Shown here: positions 28,385 through 38,610 of the stretch, piece after piece
Numbering within the stretch: the first letter of the stretch is position 1
Layout of the letters: every line of letters begins with the position of its first letter
IMG/VR virus record: IMGVR_UViG_3300036852_000419
Coordinates: 1-53,263 of that record
Strand: one strand, 5' to 3'
Length of the DNA stretch: 53,263 nt
Source: a virus
Lineage: Duplodnaviria; Caudoviricetes
Notes under the pieces: model-generated
What the model was told of the DNA's origin: nothing
Databases searched by the model: none
What the model saw: only the letters and a program-made list of their open reading frames with translations
Position numbers and translations under genes: made by a program

Positions 28385-29160
28385 ACTCTGTCATTAGCTT
28401 TAGCTTGTTTGGGAGTGCGCCTCTTTATTGTCAGGGTGCGCTACGAAACGCTGAGAAGTATCCCCAGCTTCTTCCCGGCTGGCGCTGTGTCTTCTTCGTA
28501 AGCTCTGACGTGCCTCAGAACGTGAAGCTCAAGCTCAAGCAAGCGGGTGCGGAGCTGCGAGACCCGGACCCACAGATCTCGAACGGGATGTTTTGGCGGT
28601 TTACTGTGCTGGACGACCTCAAAGTGCAGCGCGCGATCTTCCGTGACACAGACTCACGACCTAGCCAGCGAGAAGTTCTCGCGCTCAAGGAATGGGAAAA
28701 GAGCAGCAAGCCATTTCACTCAATGGCTGACCATGTGCATCACACGCTGCCCTTGGGCGGCGGGCTTTGGGGGGTGGATTTCTCGAAGTTTCGCGACGCG
28801 GTCTCTACGCCTCATCTCAACGACAAGCTAGAGTCAATCATTGAGCGCACTCCCTGCGTTCCACATCTCTTGCGTCACGTCACGGAAGCTATCGTGAAGT
28901 CCCGCCTCGCCACGCGCCCTTACAAGCGCGAGACCAGCTACAGTCTCGACCAGACCTTTCTCACTCACTTCATCTGGCCGCTCGCGAAGAAGCACGGGGT
29001 GCTGAGACATGATCTGGCGACGAGACACTTGTTCAGGGAGAGCGTGCCTTGGCCGGGAGGGAGTGGATTCTCAGACCTCTCGTTCGTTGGTGAAATCATT
29101 GACCAGAACGAACAACCGAACTGGAATCACCGTTTCCGAAGATTGAACTATCTGGCATGA
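28381..29160 (+). CDS. Glycosyltransferase-like protein (GT-A, DxD)
   Basis: VISFSLFG, GMFWRF, IFRDTDSR, DH..H..PLGGGLWG and DQTFL motifs. Confidence 0.65.
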   Translation: MNSVISFSLFGSAPLYCQGALRNAEKYPQLLPGWRCVFFVSSDVPQNVKLKLKQAGAELRDPDPQISNGMFWRFTVLDDLKVQRAIFRDTDSRPSQREVLALKEWEKSSKPFHSMADHVHHTLPLGGGLWGVDFSKFRDAVSTPHLNDKLESIIERTPCVPHLLRHVTEAIVKSRLATRPYKRETSYSLDQTFLTHFIWPLAKKHGVLRHDLATRHLFRESVPWPGGSGFSDLSFVGEIIDQNEQPNWNHRFRRLNYLA

Positions 29161-29876
29161 AAGAGATTTTACTAGCTTCGCATTTAGGGCTGGGGGATGG
29201 ACTTTTGATCAACGCCATCGCGCGACGCCTCGCCGAAACCTGTGCTGTCTCTGTGATCTGCAAGCCTCACAATTCAACCACTCTCGCCTTCCAGTGGCGC
29301 GACAGCGACCGAATCACCCTCGTCGAAGCCGATGACGACGCTCAAGCGCGCAAGGGCATTGCTGAGATGCGCAAGCACGGTAAGGAAGTGCTGGGGTTGG
29401 GATTCTTTGCGAAAGAGAAATTCGAGCCTCAAAGCGAGTTTGACCGCGTGTTCTATCGACAGACAGGCGTCGAGCACACAGAGCGATGGAACGGGTTCAA
29501 GTGCGCGAGGCAGGAGAGCAGGGAGATCGAAGTACCGAGCGGGAAGTATTGCTTTGTGCATGATGATCCCTCTCGAAACTTCGTGATCCCTCCTGAAGCC
29601 CTCCCGCTCAAGCGTCTCAAGATCGTGCGTCCGAGCAGGGATCTCAAGAACCGCAACGGCGACCCGTGCATTCTGTTTGATTACTGGGGGTGGCTGGACG
29701 GAGCGCAGGAGATCCATTGTTTCGATAGTTCATTCGCTATCATGGTGGATCATTTGCATTTACCTAAGTTCGAAAATAAACGACTTGTCTTACACTTAGG
29801 CTTAAGATCGAATGAATATCCACCTGCACGCATGAAGAACTGGGAAATTTTACGCCATAACACCTTCAAAGCATGA
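29157..29876 (+). CDS. Glycosyltransferase-like protein (GT-B, GT9/GT11-like motifs)
   Basis: HLGLGD N-terminal motif, FVHDD, and AQEIHCFDSSF. Confidence 0.65.
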   Translation: MKEILLASHLGLGDGLLINAIARRLAETCAVSVICKPHNSTTLAFQWRDSDRITLVEADDDAQARKGIAEMRKHGKEVLGLGFFAKEKFEPQSEFDRVFYRQTGVEHTERWNGFKCARQESREIEVPSGKYCFVHDDPSRNFVIPPEALPLKRLKIVRPSRDLKNRNGDPCILFDYWGWLDGAQEIHCFDSSFAIMVDHLHLPKFENKRLVLHLGLRSNEYPPARMKNWEILRHNTFKA

Positions 29877-30358
29877 AACAAATATCGCTCTCTCGTGGTT
29901 TTAAAGCAATGGTCGATGACTGCGATTATGACCGTATCGGTCAATACACGTGGTCAGTGAAACAATGCAAAGGCTCTATCTACGCACATCGCCAAGTTTA
30001 CCTGCCCCATAAAACTACAGAGACAATGCACCGCTTTGTTCTGGGCCTTAAAATCGGAGATCAGGAAATTGATCATAAAGATGGCAATGGATTGAACAAC
30101 ACGCGTGAGAATCTCAGGCTAGCTACGCGTGGTCAAAATATAGCTAATCGACAGCCTTATAAAAATTCTCCATTGGGTTTCAAGGGCGTCAAGAAACAGA
30201 AGAATCGTTATCTATGCCGTGTGGGTCCGGGCGGGACCACTTATGTAGGCTCGTTCAAGACGCTTATTGAAGCCTCGCTCGCACGCGACTATTGGGCAGT
30301 GCATCTTCACGGTGAATTTGCTCAACTCAATCCTTACCCCAAGGATCTCGCAATATGA
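29873..30358 (+). CDS. HNH endonuclease with AP2-like domain
   Basis: MHRFVLG, IDHKDGNGLNNTRENLR, FKGV, A..ARD...LHGEFAQLN. Confidence 0.9.
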   Translation: MKQISLSRGFKAMVDDCDYDRIGQYTWSVKQCKGSIYAHRQVYLPHKTTETMHRFVLGLKIGDQEIDHKDGNGLNNTRENLRLATRGQNIANRQPYKNSPLGFKGVKKQKNRYLCRVGPGGTTYVGSFKTLIEASLARDYWAVHLHGEFAQLNPYPKDLAI

Positions 30359-30406
30359 CCACTGCTCACATTATCACACTCCTTCTGGCCGCACTCCACC
30401 AATTCA

Positions 30407-31234
30407 ATGAGTCCTAACACACCGCTTCTATTTTTCACACTGGTCTTGGACGGTCATCCGTTCCTGCCGCTCATCTATTCTGAACTGCGAAAGCTAGACT
30501 TCGAATGGTCATGGTGGGTGATGGAAGGTGTAGCCGCAGCTCAAAATTGTTCGAAGTGGTGCAAGCAGCTTCCCCCTCGCCTCTCTCGCGACGGCACCAC
30601 TGGCTACCTCGAAGCGCTCGCGAGCTTTGACAAGAGAGTGCTTCATGTGCCTCGCGACCTCTGGCCCGGCGGCAAAGTCCAGATGTGCAACTTCCCGCTT
30701 CAACAGCTTCACGAGCCGCGCTTGCTCTGGCAGATTGACAGTGACGAAATCTGGACCGCTGAACAGATCAAGACCATGAGAGCGCTGTTCATTCGGAACA
30801 AGGCTAAGAACTGTGCTTACTTTAGGTGTCGCTACTTCGTGGGTCCTGACATTATGATCACGAGTCGTGAGGGCTTTGGAAACAACAGCGCATACGAGTG
30901 GCATCGTGTGTGGAAGATTGAGCCGGGGACGAGATTTGTGAGTCATGAGCCTCCGAAGCTGGAGGGAGCGGGATCGAAGTGGAATCCGATTCCGTTCACG
31001 CACGAGGAGACTGAGAAGGAAGGGCTGGTGTTTGATCACTGGGCATGGGCTACGCCTGCTCAAGTCACAATGAAAATGGATTACTATGGATCTCCGAACA
31101 ACGAAAAAGGTGCGCTCTATGCTGGGCTGAGGGAGAAATGGCGAGCACTTCAGAGAAATGAGAAGTGGCCAGTGGCTCAGCTCAGTGAATTTATGCCTTT
31201 TGTGGGCGAGAACGTGACAGCCAATCGAATATGA
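30407..31234 (+). CDS. GT2-like glycosyltransferase
   Basis: SRDGTT, WQIDSDE (DxD), FVSHE and FDHW motifs. Confidence 0.75.
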   Translation: MSPNTPLLFFTLVLDGHPFLPLIYSELRKLDFEWSWWVMEGVAAAQNCSKWCKQLPPRLSRDGTTGYLEALASFDKRVLHVPRDLWPGGKVQMCNFPLQQLHEPRLLWQIDSDEIWTAEQIKTMRALFIRNKAKNCAYFRCRYFVGPDIMITSREGFGNNSAYEWHRVWKIEPGTRFVSHEPPKLEGAGSKWNPIPFTHEETEKEGLVFDHWAWATPAQVTMKMDYYGSPNNEKGALYAGLREKWRALQRNEKWPVAQLSEFMPFVGENVTANRI

Positions 31235-31722
31235 GTGAACCTAAGGGACAGATCCTGCCAGATAGTGAGTTCGGCGACCTGCTGACGAGTCTTGCGACAC
31301 AGAGCCAGACGATTCTTGAGATCGGCACCTGGCACGGCAAGGGCAGCACGCTCTGCCTGGCACGAGGTTTGAAGCGACCAGATCAGCACATGTGGACCGT
31401 GGATCGGGACAAAGCCGTGTGGGAGGAAGCGCGAGGCTACTACAAACATGAGCCGAGAATCACTTTCCTGAACGCTCGCACTGTGGATGTGTTGACGCAG
31501 CTTCCGATAGAGTTCGATCTCGTGCTCTTCGACGGAGCAGACGAGGATACGAACGAAGAGTTTGATCTGCTACTACCAAGACTCAACCGCTTCGTAGCGC
31601 TCGACGACACGAACGTGCAAAAAAACGAACGTCAGGTGAAGCTGCTCACTGCATGGAACTGGAAGCTCATCAAGCATCGCACCGGCGACCGCAACGGCTG
31701 GGCAGTGTTTGAACGGCCATGA
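31231..31722 (+). CDS. Class I SAM-dependent methyltransferase
   Basis: ILEIGTWHGKGST, TVD, FDLVLFDGA, ALDDT. Confidence 0.85.
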   Translation: MSEPKGQILPDSEFGDLLTSLATQSQTILEIGTWHGKGSTLCLARGLKRPDQHMWTVDRDKAVWEEARGYYKHEPRITFLNARTVDVLTQLPIEFDLVLFDGADEDTNEEFDLLLPRLNRFVALDDTNVQKNERQVKLLTAWNWKLIKHRTGDRNGWAVFERP

Positions 31723-32387
31723 CACCGAATCTTCAAGTAGTGGTGCTCGCGCATGGGAATGGAGTGGCTGCGTTCAGACAGCACGAGAAATTCTGGCTCG
31801 CGCACAAAGCTCCGCTGCTCGTGATCTGTCCTGAAAATGATCCTCTGAAGTCTTCACACGAGACTCACAAGGTCGCACAGGCAGCGCACAGCGGAGAGCA
31901 GGCAGCGCAGCGTCTTGGCGACATGCTTTATCTCTTAGAAGCGCGTTCGTGGGATCAGTGCATTATCTATGAGTATGATAGCTTTCTGCTGACACCGCGA
32001 TTGCCAGAGCCTCACGGACTCTATGGCATCACATTCCGCAACCAGGAAGCTCCCAAGTTTATGGCTCCGACCTATGTGAATCCGCCGTGGTTTGTGGATA
32101 GGAGGTCGTTTGATCTAATGATGGCAAAAGCGAAAGCTTATCCGACGGTGAAGGAGCTGGGGTTTGCGGATAGGTTCATCTCAGCGCTCGCTTTCCTAGC
32201 AGGCATCCCGATTCTCTCTTATGATCCTCCCGGCTATAGCAAAGGCACGATCACTTATAGTGATCTTCCACATCTGGATGCGCGGATCAAATATGACCAC
32301 TGCTATGCTTTCCATGGCATCAAACAGAGCTTCGTGCTCAAAGCGATAGAAGACTTCTGGGATGAAGCGAATCCACTCGCAACGTGA
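31719..32387 (+). CDS. Glycosyltransferase-like protein
   Basis: VVVLAH, IIYEYDS and FHGIK motifs; lies within the GT cluster. Confidence 0.55.
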   Translation: MTPNLQVVVLAHGNGVAAFRQHEKFWLAHKAPLLVICPENDPLKSSHETHKVAQAAHSGEQAAQRLGDMLYLLEARSWDQCIIYEYDSFLLTPRLPEPHGLYGITFRNQEAPKFMAPTYVNPPWFVDRRSFDLMMAKAKAYPTVKELGFADRFISALAFLAGIPILSYDPPGYSKGTITYSDLPHLDARIKYDHCYAFHGIKQSFVLKAIEDFWDEANPLAT

Positions 32388-32396
32388 CATGAGCCT

Positions 32397-32588
32397 ATGA
32401 TCCGAGCAAAAATCGATCCCATGTTAGCTGAAGTCAGTCGCTACGATCTCGTAGTCTGGCTAAATCGAAACTGGTCGAACATCGGTCTGTGGTTACTACA
32501 TGGGAAACGGATCTACCTCGCTGACCCCACTGTCAAACGCGTTACCATCGGTCTCACGGTTACAGTTGTGGAACGCAAGAAATCCTGA
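32397..32588 (+). CDS. Hypothetical protein
   Basis: 63-aa ORF filling the gap before the portal gene. Confidence 0.45.
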   Translation: MIRAKIDPMLAEVSRYDLVVWLNRNWSNIGLWLLHGKRIYLADPTVKRVTIGLTVTVVERKKS

Positions 32589-32600
32589 TACCTTCCTCCA

Positions 32601-34967
32601 ATGCGCTTCAAAGATGCTGACAAGATCCACACCGCGCTGGAGTCCATGCGCTTGGCAAATTATCCGTGCGCGCTGAACCGGGCGAAGGTCAATGACCTGT
32701 TCAACGGGAATCCGCCGTGGAGCGAGGATGAGAGGCAAAAGAATAAGATTTTTCACAACGCGAATCCGCTCTATGGGACGAGGATTGCGCACAGCGCGCG
32801 CACGAACCTGAACAACGCTTTTCTGAAGCCAGGGAACTATTTCAAGGTCTCGCTCGATGCGCCTCTGAGTCTCGTCCCCCGTCACAAGCGCGACGAGTGG
32901 GGACGAGTGATCACTGCCGAGATCAATCGCTTGCTCAAGCGCCAGCAGCAGTTCAATGACATGTGGGATCAGACGAACGCGCAAGTCGTGCTGCATGGGC
33001 TGGGGCCAGTGTGGTGGAGCCAGAATCAGGAGAATCCGCTGCCACGGTCGATTGGCATCGAAGACGTGCTCGTGCCTGCGCAGACCTTGCTCGATTTCTC
33101 GAATCTGGAGTTCTTCGGAATCTATCGCCAGTGGACCTATGCGGAGCTGTTTGATATGACGCATGGGCGCGCGACAGATCCTGGCTGGAACATGCCGCTG
33201 GTGAAGCAGCTTCTTGAAACCCTCGGCAAACAAGACCTCCAGAGCATCGTGATGGGCAATCGCTGGCTGATGCCAGAGAAACTGAGCGAGGATCTGAAGG
33301 AAAACGCGGGACTCTTCATGACATCTGCCGCGCCGACGCTCTTCGTCTGGGACTTCTATTTCCGCGACTACAGCGAGAGCGATGACAGCGATCAGTTCTG
33401 GAACCGGCGCGTGGTGCTGGATTATCAGCAAATGCAACCGGAGGCGATGCGCTCGGCGCTCAGCAGCACTGCGAAAACGAACTTCCTTTACACGAAGGAT
33501 AAGTATGTCGATGCGCTCTCGCAAGCGATTCACTGGCAGGTTGGGAATTGCTCGAACGTCGCACCGTTTCGCTACTACAGCGTGCGCTCGCTGGGCTTCT
33601 TGCTTTACGCGGTGCTCCAGATCCAGAACCGTCACTACAACCGCTTCATGGACAGCGCGAGCGGGAACCTACTGGAGCTTTTCAGGAACGTGGGCGAGGA
33701 TGACAGAGAGCGCCTGGAAAAGGTGGATCTCTATCACATGGGGATTGTGCCAGACGGACTCTCTTTCGTGACAGCAGCAGAGCGCCACGAGATCAACGAG
33801 CCGCTGCAACAGATGGCCTTTGCGATGAACAAGCAGCTCATGGGTGAGAGCAGCAGCACTTACATGCCTGAGGTGGACACGGGCACTGAAAAGGAACGCA
33901 CCTTGGGTGAGGCACAGATTGCGCTTCAAACGAGTGTGAGCCTTGCGAACGGGCTACTGAACCAGGGCTATAATCGCGCGGTGCATCTTTATCGTGAGAG
34001 CTGTCGGAGGTTCTGCATGAAAGGGACCAAGAACAAGCTCGCGAAGGAGTTTCAGGAGCGTTGCCAAGTGAACGGCGTGCCGCGCGAAGTGCTCGACATT
34101 CAACACTGGGACGTGGAACCTGAGCGCGTGCTGGGCGGCGGGAACAAAGCGGTCGAGGGTATGCAAGCGAACCGGCTGATGGCCGCGAAGGGACAGTATG
34201 ATCCGGATGCGCAAAGACAGATCTTGAGAATCTACACCGAGGCGAACACTGATGATCCCAAGCTGGCTGAGCTGCTCGTGCCGATGGATGAGAAGCCTAT
34301 CAGTGACGCGACACAGCTCGCGACTCTCGCAATGGGCTCGCTCATGGCTGGGCTGCCGGTCGTGCAAAAGCGCGGTATCGCTCACGTGGACTATGTGCAG
34401 ACTATGCTTCAGCTGACTGGACAGGTGCTCCAGCAGATCGAGCAGCTCTTTGAGGTGCCTCAGAGCATGAGCATCAGGATACAGAAAATTGGTGGCCTGG
34501 CGAACGCTTTGGAGCACGTGAAAGAGCATCTGGATATGATCGCGCCGGACCCGACGGCGAAGGAGCAGGTGAGGCAATTTGAGGAGGAGTTGATGAGACA
34601 GGGAAGCGCATTGCAAGGGTTTGCTCAGCAGACGACTGAGGAGATGGAAGCGGCGAACCCGCAAGCGCAGGATGAAGAGGCGGCGAAAGCGCAAGCGAAG
34701 ATTCAAGCGATGATGCTGGAGGCTCAGACACGTGCAGCCAACAAGGACGCTGACGCAGCTCAAAAGCGCGAGCACAAGGATGCTCAGTGGACCTCTGAAG
34801 AACGCCGTCGCGACGCGAAACAAGCGCTGGAACTTGAGCGCAAGCGAGAGCTTCTTTCTGCTGATGTCGAAAGTAAATTGATTCAAACCCAGGCTGATGT
34901 CGCCGCGAAGGATCTCACTACTGAGGCTGAGATAAGGCGTCCCAAACCCGCGAAAGGAAGTGACTAA
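32601..34967 (+). CDS. Portal protein (P22-like, long C-terminal helical barrel)
   Basis: 788 aa, ERTLGEAQI motif, Gln/Ala-rich helical C-terminus; sits between terL and the scaffold gene. Confidence 0.75.
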   Translation: MRFKDADKIHTALESMRLANYPCALNRAKVNDLFNGNPPWSEDERQKNKIFHNANPLYGTRIAHSARTNLNNAFLKPGNYFKVSLDAPLSLVPRHKRDEWGRVITAEINRLLKRQQQFNDMWDQTNAQVVLHGLGPVWWSQNQENPLPRSIGIEDVLVPAQTLLDFSNLEFFGIYRQWTYAELFDMTHGRATDPGWNMPLVKQLLETLGKQDLQSIVMGNRWLMPEKLSEDLKENAGLFMTSAAPTLFVWDFYFRDYSESDDSDQFWNRRVVLDYQQMQPEAMRSALSSTAKTNFLYTKDKYVDALSQAIHWQVGNCSNVAPFRYYSVRSLGFLLYAVLQIQNRHYNRFMDSASGNLLELFRNVGEDDRERLEKVDLYHMGIVPDGLSFVTAAERHEINEPLQQMAFAMNKQLMGESSSTYMPEVDTGTEKERTLGEAQIALQTSVSLANGLLNQGYNRAVHLYRESCRRFCMKGTKNKLAKEFQERCQVNGVPREVLDIQHWDVEPERVLGGGNKAVEGMQANRLMAAKGQYDPDAQRQILRIYTEANTDDPKLAELLVPMDEKPISDATQLATLAMGSLMAGLPVVQKRGIAHVDYVQTMLQLTGQVLQQIEQLFEVPQSMSIRIQKIGGLANALEHVKEHLDMIAPDPTAKEQVRQFEEELMRQGSALQGFAQQTTEEMEAANPQAQDEEAAKAQAKIQAMMLEAQTRAANKDADAAQKREHKDAQWTSEERRRDAKQALELERKRELLSADVESKLIQTQADVAAKDLTTEAEIRRPKPAKGSD

Positions 34968-35132
34968 ACGATTATGAGTAGTGAACACATGCCTGAAATT
35001 AGACTCACGCGCCACGATCCTGACGTTCTCGGACGTGCCGCTTATGACGCTTACTGCGAAACACGTGATTGGAAATCTTTTCGAGGTGAGCCTTTACCTC
35101 AGTGGTCGGACGATGAATTGAATCCTTAGACC

Positions 35133-35453
35133 ATGCCCCTCCCCTCACCCAAATCCCGCTTTCTCTCCGACCCCAAGCGAGCTGAACGCTGGGCTGATCT
35201 CGTGGCGAGTGCTGAGTTTCAGCTCGCGCTTGATCACGCGCTGCTTCAGATGCTCTACGAGGGCACAACGCTGCCTCCGGTTTATGACGCACAAGCCAGA
35301 GCGCATCAGCTCGACGGTGCAAAGCGACTGTCTTTGATTCTTCAGCGCCTCGGAGAGCGAGAGCTGCCGGGAGAGAAAGCCCCTGAGACGATTCTTGATT
35401 ACCGGCCTGCGAAAGTGCCAGCGCATTTGCAGCCAGCGAAACCACAACCATAA
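35133..35453 (+). CDS. Hypothetical protein (post-portal)
   Basis: 106-aa helical ORF in a typical position after the portal gene. Confidence 0.65.
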   Translation: MPLPSPKSRFLSDPKRAERWADLVASAEFQLALDHALLQMLYEGTTLPPVYDAQARAHQLDGAKRLSLILQRLGERELPGEKAPETILDYRPAKVPAHLQPAKPQP

Positions 35454-35710
35454 CTATGCAACGCTTACTCACTAAACTTCAGATTCTCTATTGGATACGC
35501 CCTATTCGCAGATTGCTACACCGAGCCAAGCATCTTCATTACTGGACGCAGCCGGGTCAGCGATTCTTTCGTTGCACTGACTGCGGTCATCACTGGTCTC
35601 GACCTGAATGAACGAGATCGAAAAGGCTACACGCAATCTGATGAAGTTCTTAGAGAACTCCGGGACCACTGCGGATTAGCCGATTGACTTGATTGCACGA
35701 AACCGAAGCA

Positions 35711-35881
35711 ATGAACACCATTCACGAACCCGAAAACATACTCAAGCTATATTGGTGTCCCACTTGTGATCGCACTAATCGAACCGTGCGTCTTGGTCGC
35801 AAACATTATGCACGTGGCAAACTCTGCCCAGGAGAGCCTGTCACACTAATCTATAAGCTAGTTCAATCCCCAACCCACTGA
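35711..35881 (+). CDS. Small Cys/His protein
   Basis: WCPTC...H...C motif. Confidence 0.45.
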   Translation: MNTIHEPENILKLYWCPTCDRTNRTVRLGRKHYARGKLCPGEPVTLIYKLVQSPTH

Positions 35882-35888
35882 ACCCACC

Positions 35889-37229
35889 ATGCCAGGCATA
35901 GCACAACCACCAGGAATTCCTTCCATTGACCCCACGCCGGGACCGAACGACATCACGAGCTTTGAGCAGGCGCAGGCTCTGAGCACAGCGCCGGAGAGAA
36001 GCGCAACGCCGGAGCCGGGAGGGAGAAGTGCGCCTGCTGCTTCTGCGCCCGCAGCCCCCGCCAAAGAGATCCAGCTCTCCGCTCCACGCGACGAGAACAA
36101 GCCGGATCAGTTCCCACAGAGCGTGTGGGATGATCTGGATAAGATTGCGAAGCCAGAAACGAAGACTGAGGCGAAGGCTGAAGCGCCCGCTGCGGAGGCA
36201 ACTGAGACCACGCCCGCCACCGAGCCTTCCACCCCCGACCCCACTCTCGAAGCCGATCTCGACAAGCAAGCGAACGCTTTCAAGACTCCCAAGGAACTGC
36301 GCAACGCTTACAAAGAGACTCTGAAGCGCGAGCGGGCGCTGGCGGCGGAACGAGAGAGCCTCACGAAGCGCGTGACCGAGTTCGAAGCTAAGCTCAAGAA
36401 CGGCGACCCGGAGCAGGTCAAGGCTCTGAGCACTGAGCTGGAAACGCTGCGCAAGGATCGTGAAGCGCTGCTCTCGCGAGTCAAAGCTCTCGACTTCACC
36501 CAGCATCCAGAATTCCACGACAAATATGTCCAACCGCTCGCCAAAGAGCTAGGCAAAGCTTATGCGTTCGTGAAAGAGCTGAAGCTGAACGACGATGCCA
36601 CGGGCACGCAACGTGCAGCCACGGAGAGCGATTTCAAGCAACTCCTAGGACTCCCGGCACAGGAGGCGGGTGAGCTGGCTGAGAAGCTCTTTGGGAGATA
36701 TGCGGCGACGCGGGTGCTCAATCACCGCGACCGCGTGATCGAGCTGAAGACCGCTGAGAACGAAGCACGCGCGGAAGCCTCGAAGCTCGCTGACGAGAGC
36801 CAACAGCGCGCGAGCGTAGAGAACACTCAAGCGCACCAGAAGCGCATGGCAGTGTATCAGAGTCGACGCACAGAGATCGAGACAAAGCATGCGGATCTGT
36901 TCAAGGCGAAAGAGAATGACACAGAGGCGCTGAAAGTGCTAGAGAGCGGACGGCAACTCGCACAGCTTTTGGAAGACGAGAGCATCGACGATGAAAGCCG
37001 CACGAAGATCGCAACGGACCTCCGCATGCGTGGCGAAGCCTTTGGTCACGTCGTGCTCCAGCGAAACCGGGCTCAGGCTCAGCTCGCTGAAGCGCTCAAG
37101 AAGCTAGCTGCCTACGAAAAGAGTGCTCCGCGAGATGGCGACGCGCCCACGCAACTTCCGGGAGACGCGCCTGTGGACCCGATGGAGAAGAGCTTGAGAG
37201 GACTGGAGAGGATCGCGAGACCAGTTTGA
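35889..37229 (+). CDS. Capsid scaffolding protein
   Basis: Pro/Ala/Glu-rich disordered N-terminus followed by a long coiled coil; lies downstream of the portal gene. Confidence 0.7.
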   Translation: MPGIAQPPGIPSIDPTPGPNDITSFEQAQALSTAPERSATPEPGGRSAPAASAPAAPAKEIQLSAPRDENKPDQFPQSVWDDLDKIAKPETKTEAKAEAPAAEATETTPATEPSTPDPTLEADLDKQANAFKTPKELRNAYKETLKRERALAAERESLTKRVTEFEAKLKNGDPEQVKALSTELETLRKDREALLSRVKALDFTQHPEFHDKYVQPLAKELGKAYAFVKELKLNDDATGTQRAATESDFKQLLGLPAQEAGELAEKLFGRYAATRVLNHRDRVIELKTAENEARAEASKLADESQQRASVENTQAHQKRMAVYQSRRTEIETKHADLFKAKENDTEALKVLESGRQLAQLLEDESIDDESRTKIATDLRMRGEAFGHVVLQRNRAQAQLAEALKKLAAYEKSAPRDGDAPTQLPGDAPVDPMEKSLRGLERIARPV

Positions 37230-37429
37230 AAGCGAGGTGATACCTGGTGTGGCCTTTTCCGAATCAAGATCCGAAACTGAATGATAAAGGTCCCGTGCCC
37301 ATAGCGGGGTCGCGCATCCGCTCTATCAAACACGCCCTCAGCTCCTCGGCGGCTCCTTGCAAGTGAGCGTGATAGTAATGATCGCGCCCACTCCGACGCC
37401 TGCCAAAAAGCTCGCTATCAGGAGCCAGA

Positions 37430-37693
37430 TCATTTTCTGAGTGCAGTAGCGGGTGTCGAATCCAAGCGTTTCAAGCGCTCATCTATCCTCACCAGAATTT
37501 CATGATCAATGTCCCGCTTCTCGCGAATCTCAGTGATAGCTTTCCAAGCGAGCGCATTGTTCGTCACGATAGCTTTCTCGGCAAGCTCAAGTCGATAAGG
37601 AATGATCGCCCAGGCTCCGATAGCGCCCAGAATACCTGCTAGGAGAGCAAGCAGCTTTGCAGCTGACATGAAAGATGGTTTGGAGTCAGTCAT
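37430..37693 (-). CDS. Membrane protein (holin/spanin-like)
   Basis: One TM helix plus a coiled coil ending ILVRIDERLK. Confidence 0.55.
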   Translation of the reverse strand: MTDSKPSFMSAAKLLALLAGILGAIGAWAIIPYRLELAEKAIVTNNALAWKAITEIREKRDIDHEILVRIDERLKRLDSTPATALRK

Positions 37694-37902
37694 TGCCGTT
37701 TGATCGTGATGGTGCCATCTGGCGCGATAGTAGTCACACTGTTAGTGCCGGGGTTCGCACGTTGAAGTGAGACATTGCCGTAGATGGTCGTGACGCGCAT
37801 ATTGACCGTAGCGGTGTCTTTGGAGAGCGCACGAAGCAACGGAGCCGTGGAGCACCCGCTAAGGAGCAGGAGACTGAAGAGCAATAACAGGTGTAGTTTC
37901 AT
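37690..37902 (-). CDS. Lipoprotein (o-spanin-like)
   Basis: Signal peptide with lipobox LLSGC; overlaps the upstream membrane-protein gene. Confidence 0.6.
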   Translation of the reverse strand: MKLHLLLLFSLLLLSGCSTAPLLRALSKDTATVNMRVTTIYGNVSLQRANPGTNSVTTIAPDGTITIKRQ

Positions 37903-38158
37903 TCTGAACTTTCTCAGCGTGCTGGCTGACAGACTGGTCTATAAACGTGCGCAACGTGGTCAAACCGACAATGAGCACTGTCAGCGCTGACTTGAACCAG
38001 TCTAGCCAGTGCATGTTCGCGAGCTGATCTGCGCTCAGGCCATCCATCTCGCTAAGCGCTGCCGTGAGAGTCGCGATAGCCATATAGAGCCCGCCACGAA
38101 AGATCACCGGCCACCAGAGCACTGTGCTAGCTGTGCTACGCTTAAGGAATTCAGTCAT
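37859..38158 (-). CDS. Holin-like two-TM protein
   Basis: Two hydrophobic helices in 99 aa. Confidence 0.5.
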   Translation of the reverse strand: MTEFLKRSTASTVLWWPVIFRGGLYMAIATLTAALSEMDGLSADQLANMHWLDWFKSALTVLIVGLTTLRTFIDQSVSQHAEKVQNETTPVIALQSPAP

Positions 38159-38610
38159 TGGATGAGATAGCTAAAAGTGAAATACATGGCACGATTCACA
38201 GGATCTATAGCTGTGAATTCGAGTTGAGCACGATCATTAGCAGAATCCGCATAGATAGCTGAAGCCTGACCGGAAATCTCGGTTGAAACCCCCGTGCCGC
38301 CACATTGATTAACTGACGAGAAATTAGATGCCACAGGCAAAGACACACCAAGCTGAGTCGCCACAGGTATCAGTGTGGGATCAATGTCAGCCCGACCTGA
38401 CACAAAAACCATCGATCCAACTCGGCTATACTGACAAACATAAGCTGTCGAAGCTGAGACGTTTGCGACCGCCGTGAGCACGGGCGTATAAGTTCCACTC
38501 GAAACTTGAGCAACATTATTCAGATTATCAACAGAAGTGGCTGAGTGTGCAACCCACCAAAACAGCATAATCGCCAATAAGCCAACCCAGAATATACGCG
38601 AGATTTTCAT
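38155..38610 (-). CDS. Fibre-tip-like beta protein with N-terminal signal peptide
   Basis: MKISRIFWVGLLAIMLFWWVAHSA followed by GTYTP, YSRVGSMV and SLPVA motifs. Confidence 0.65.
   Translation of the reverse strand: MKISRIFWVGLLAIMLFWWVAHSATSVDNLNNVAQVSSGTYTPVLTAVANVSASTAYVCQYSRVGSMVFVSGRADIDPTLIPVATQLGVSLPVASNFSSVNQCGGTGVSTEISGQASAIYADSANDRAQLEFTAIDPVNRAMYFTFSYLIQ

Noticed and set aside
32496-35015. Long antisense ORFs (379 aa and 353 aa) opposite the portal gene
   Set aside because: These are shadow ORFs expected in GC-rich coding DNA and show no motifs; the same applies to most antisense ORFs in the track
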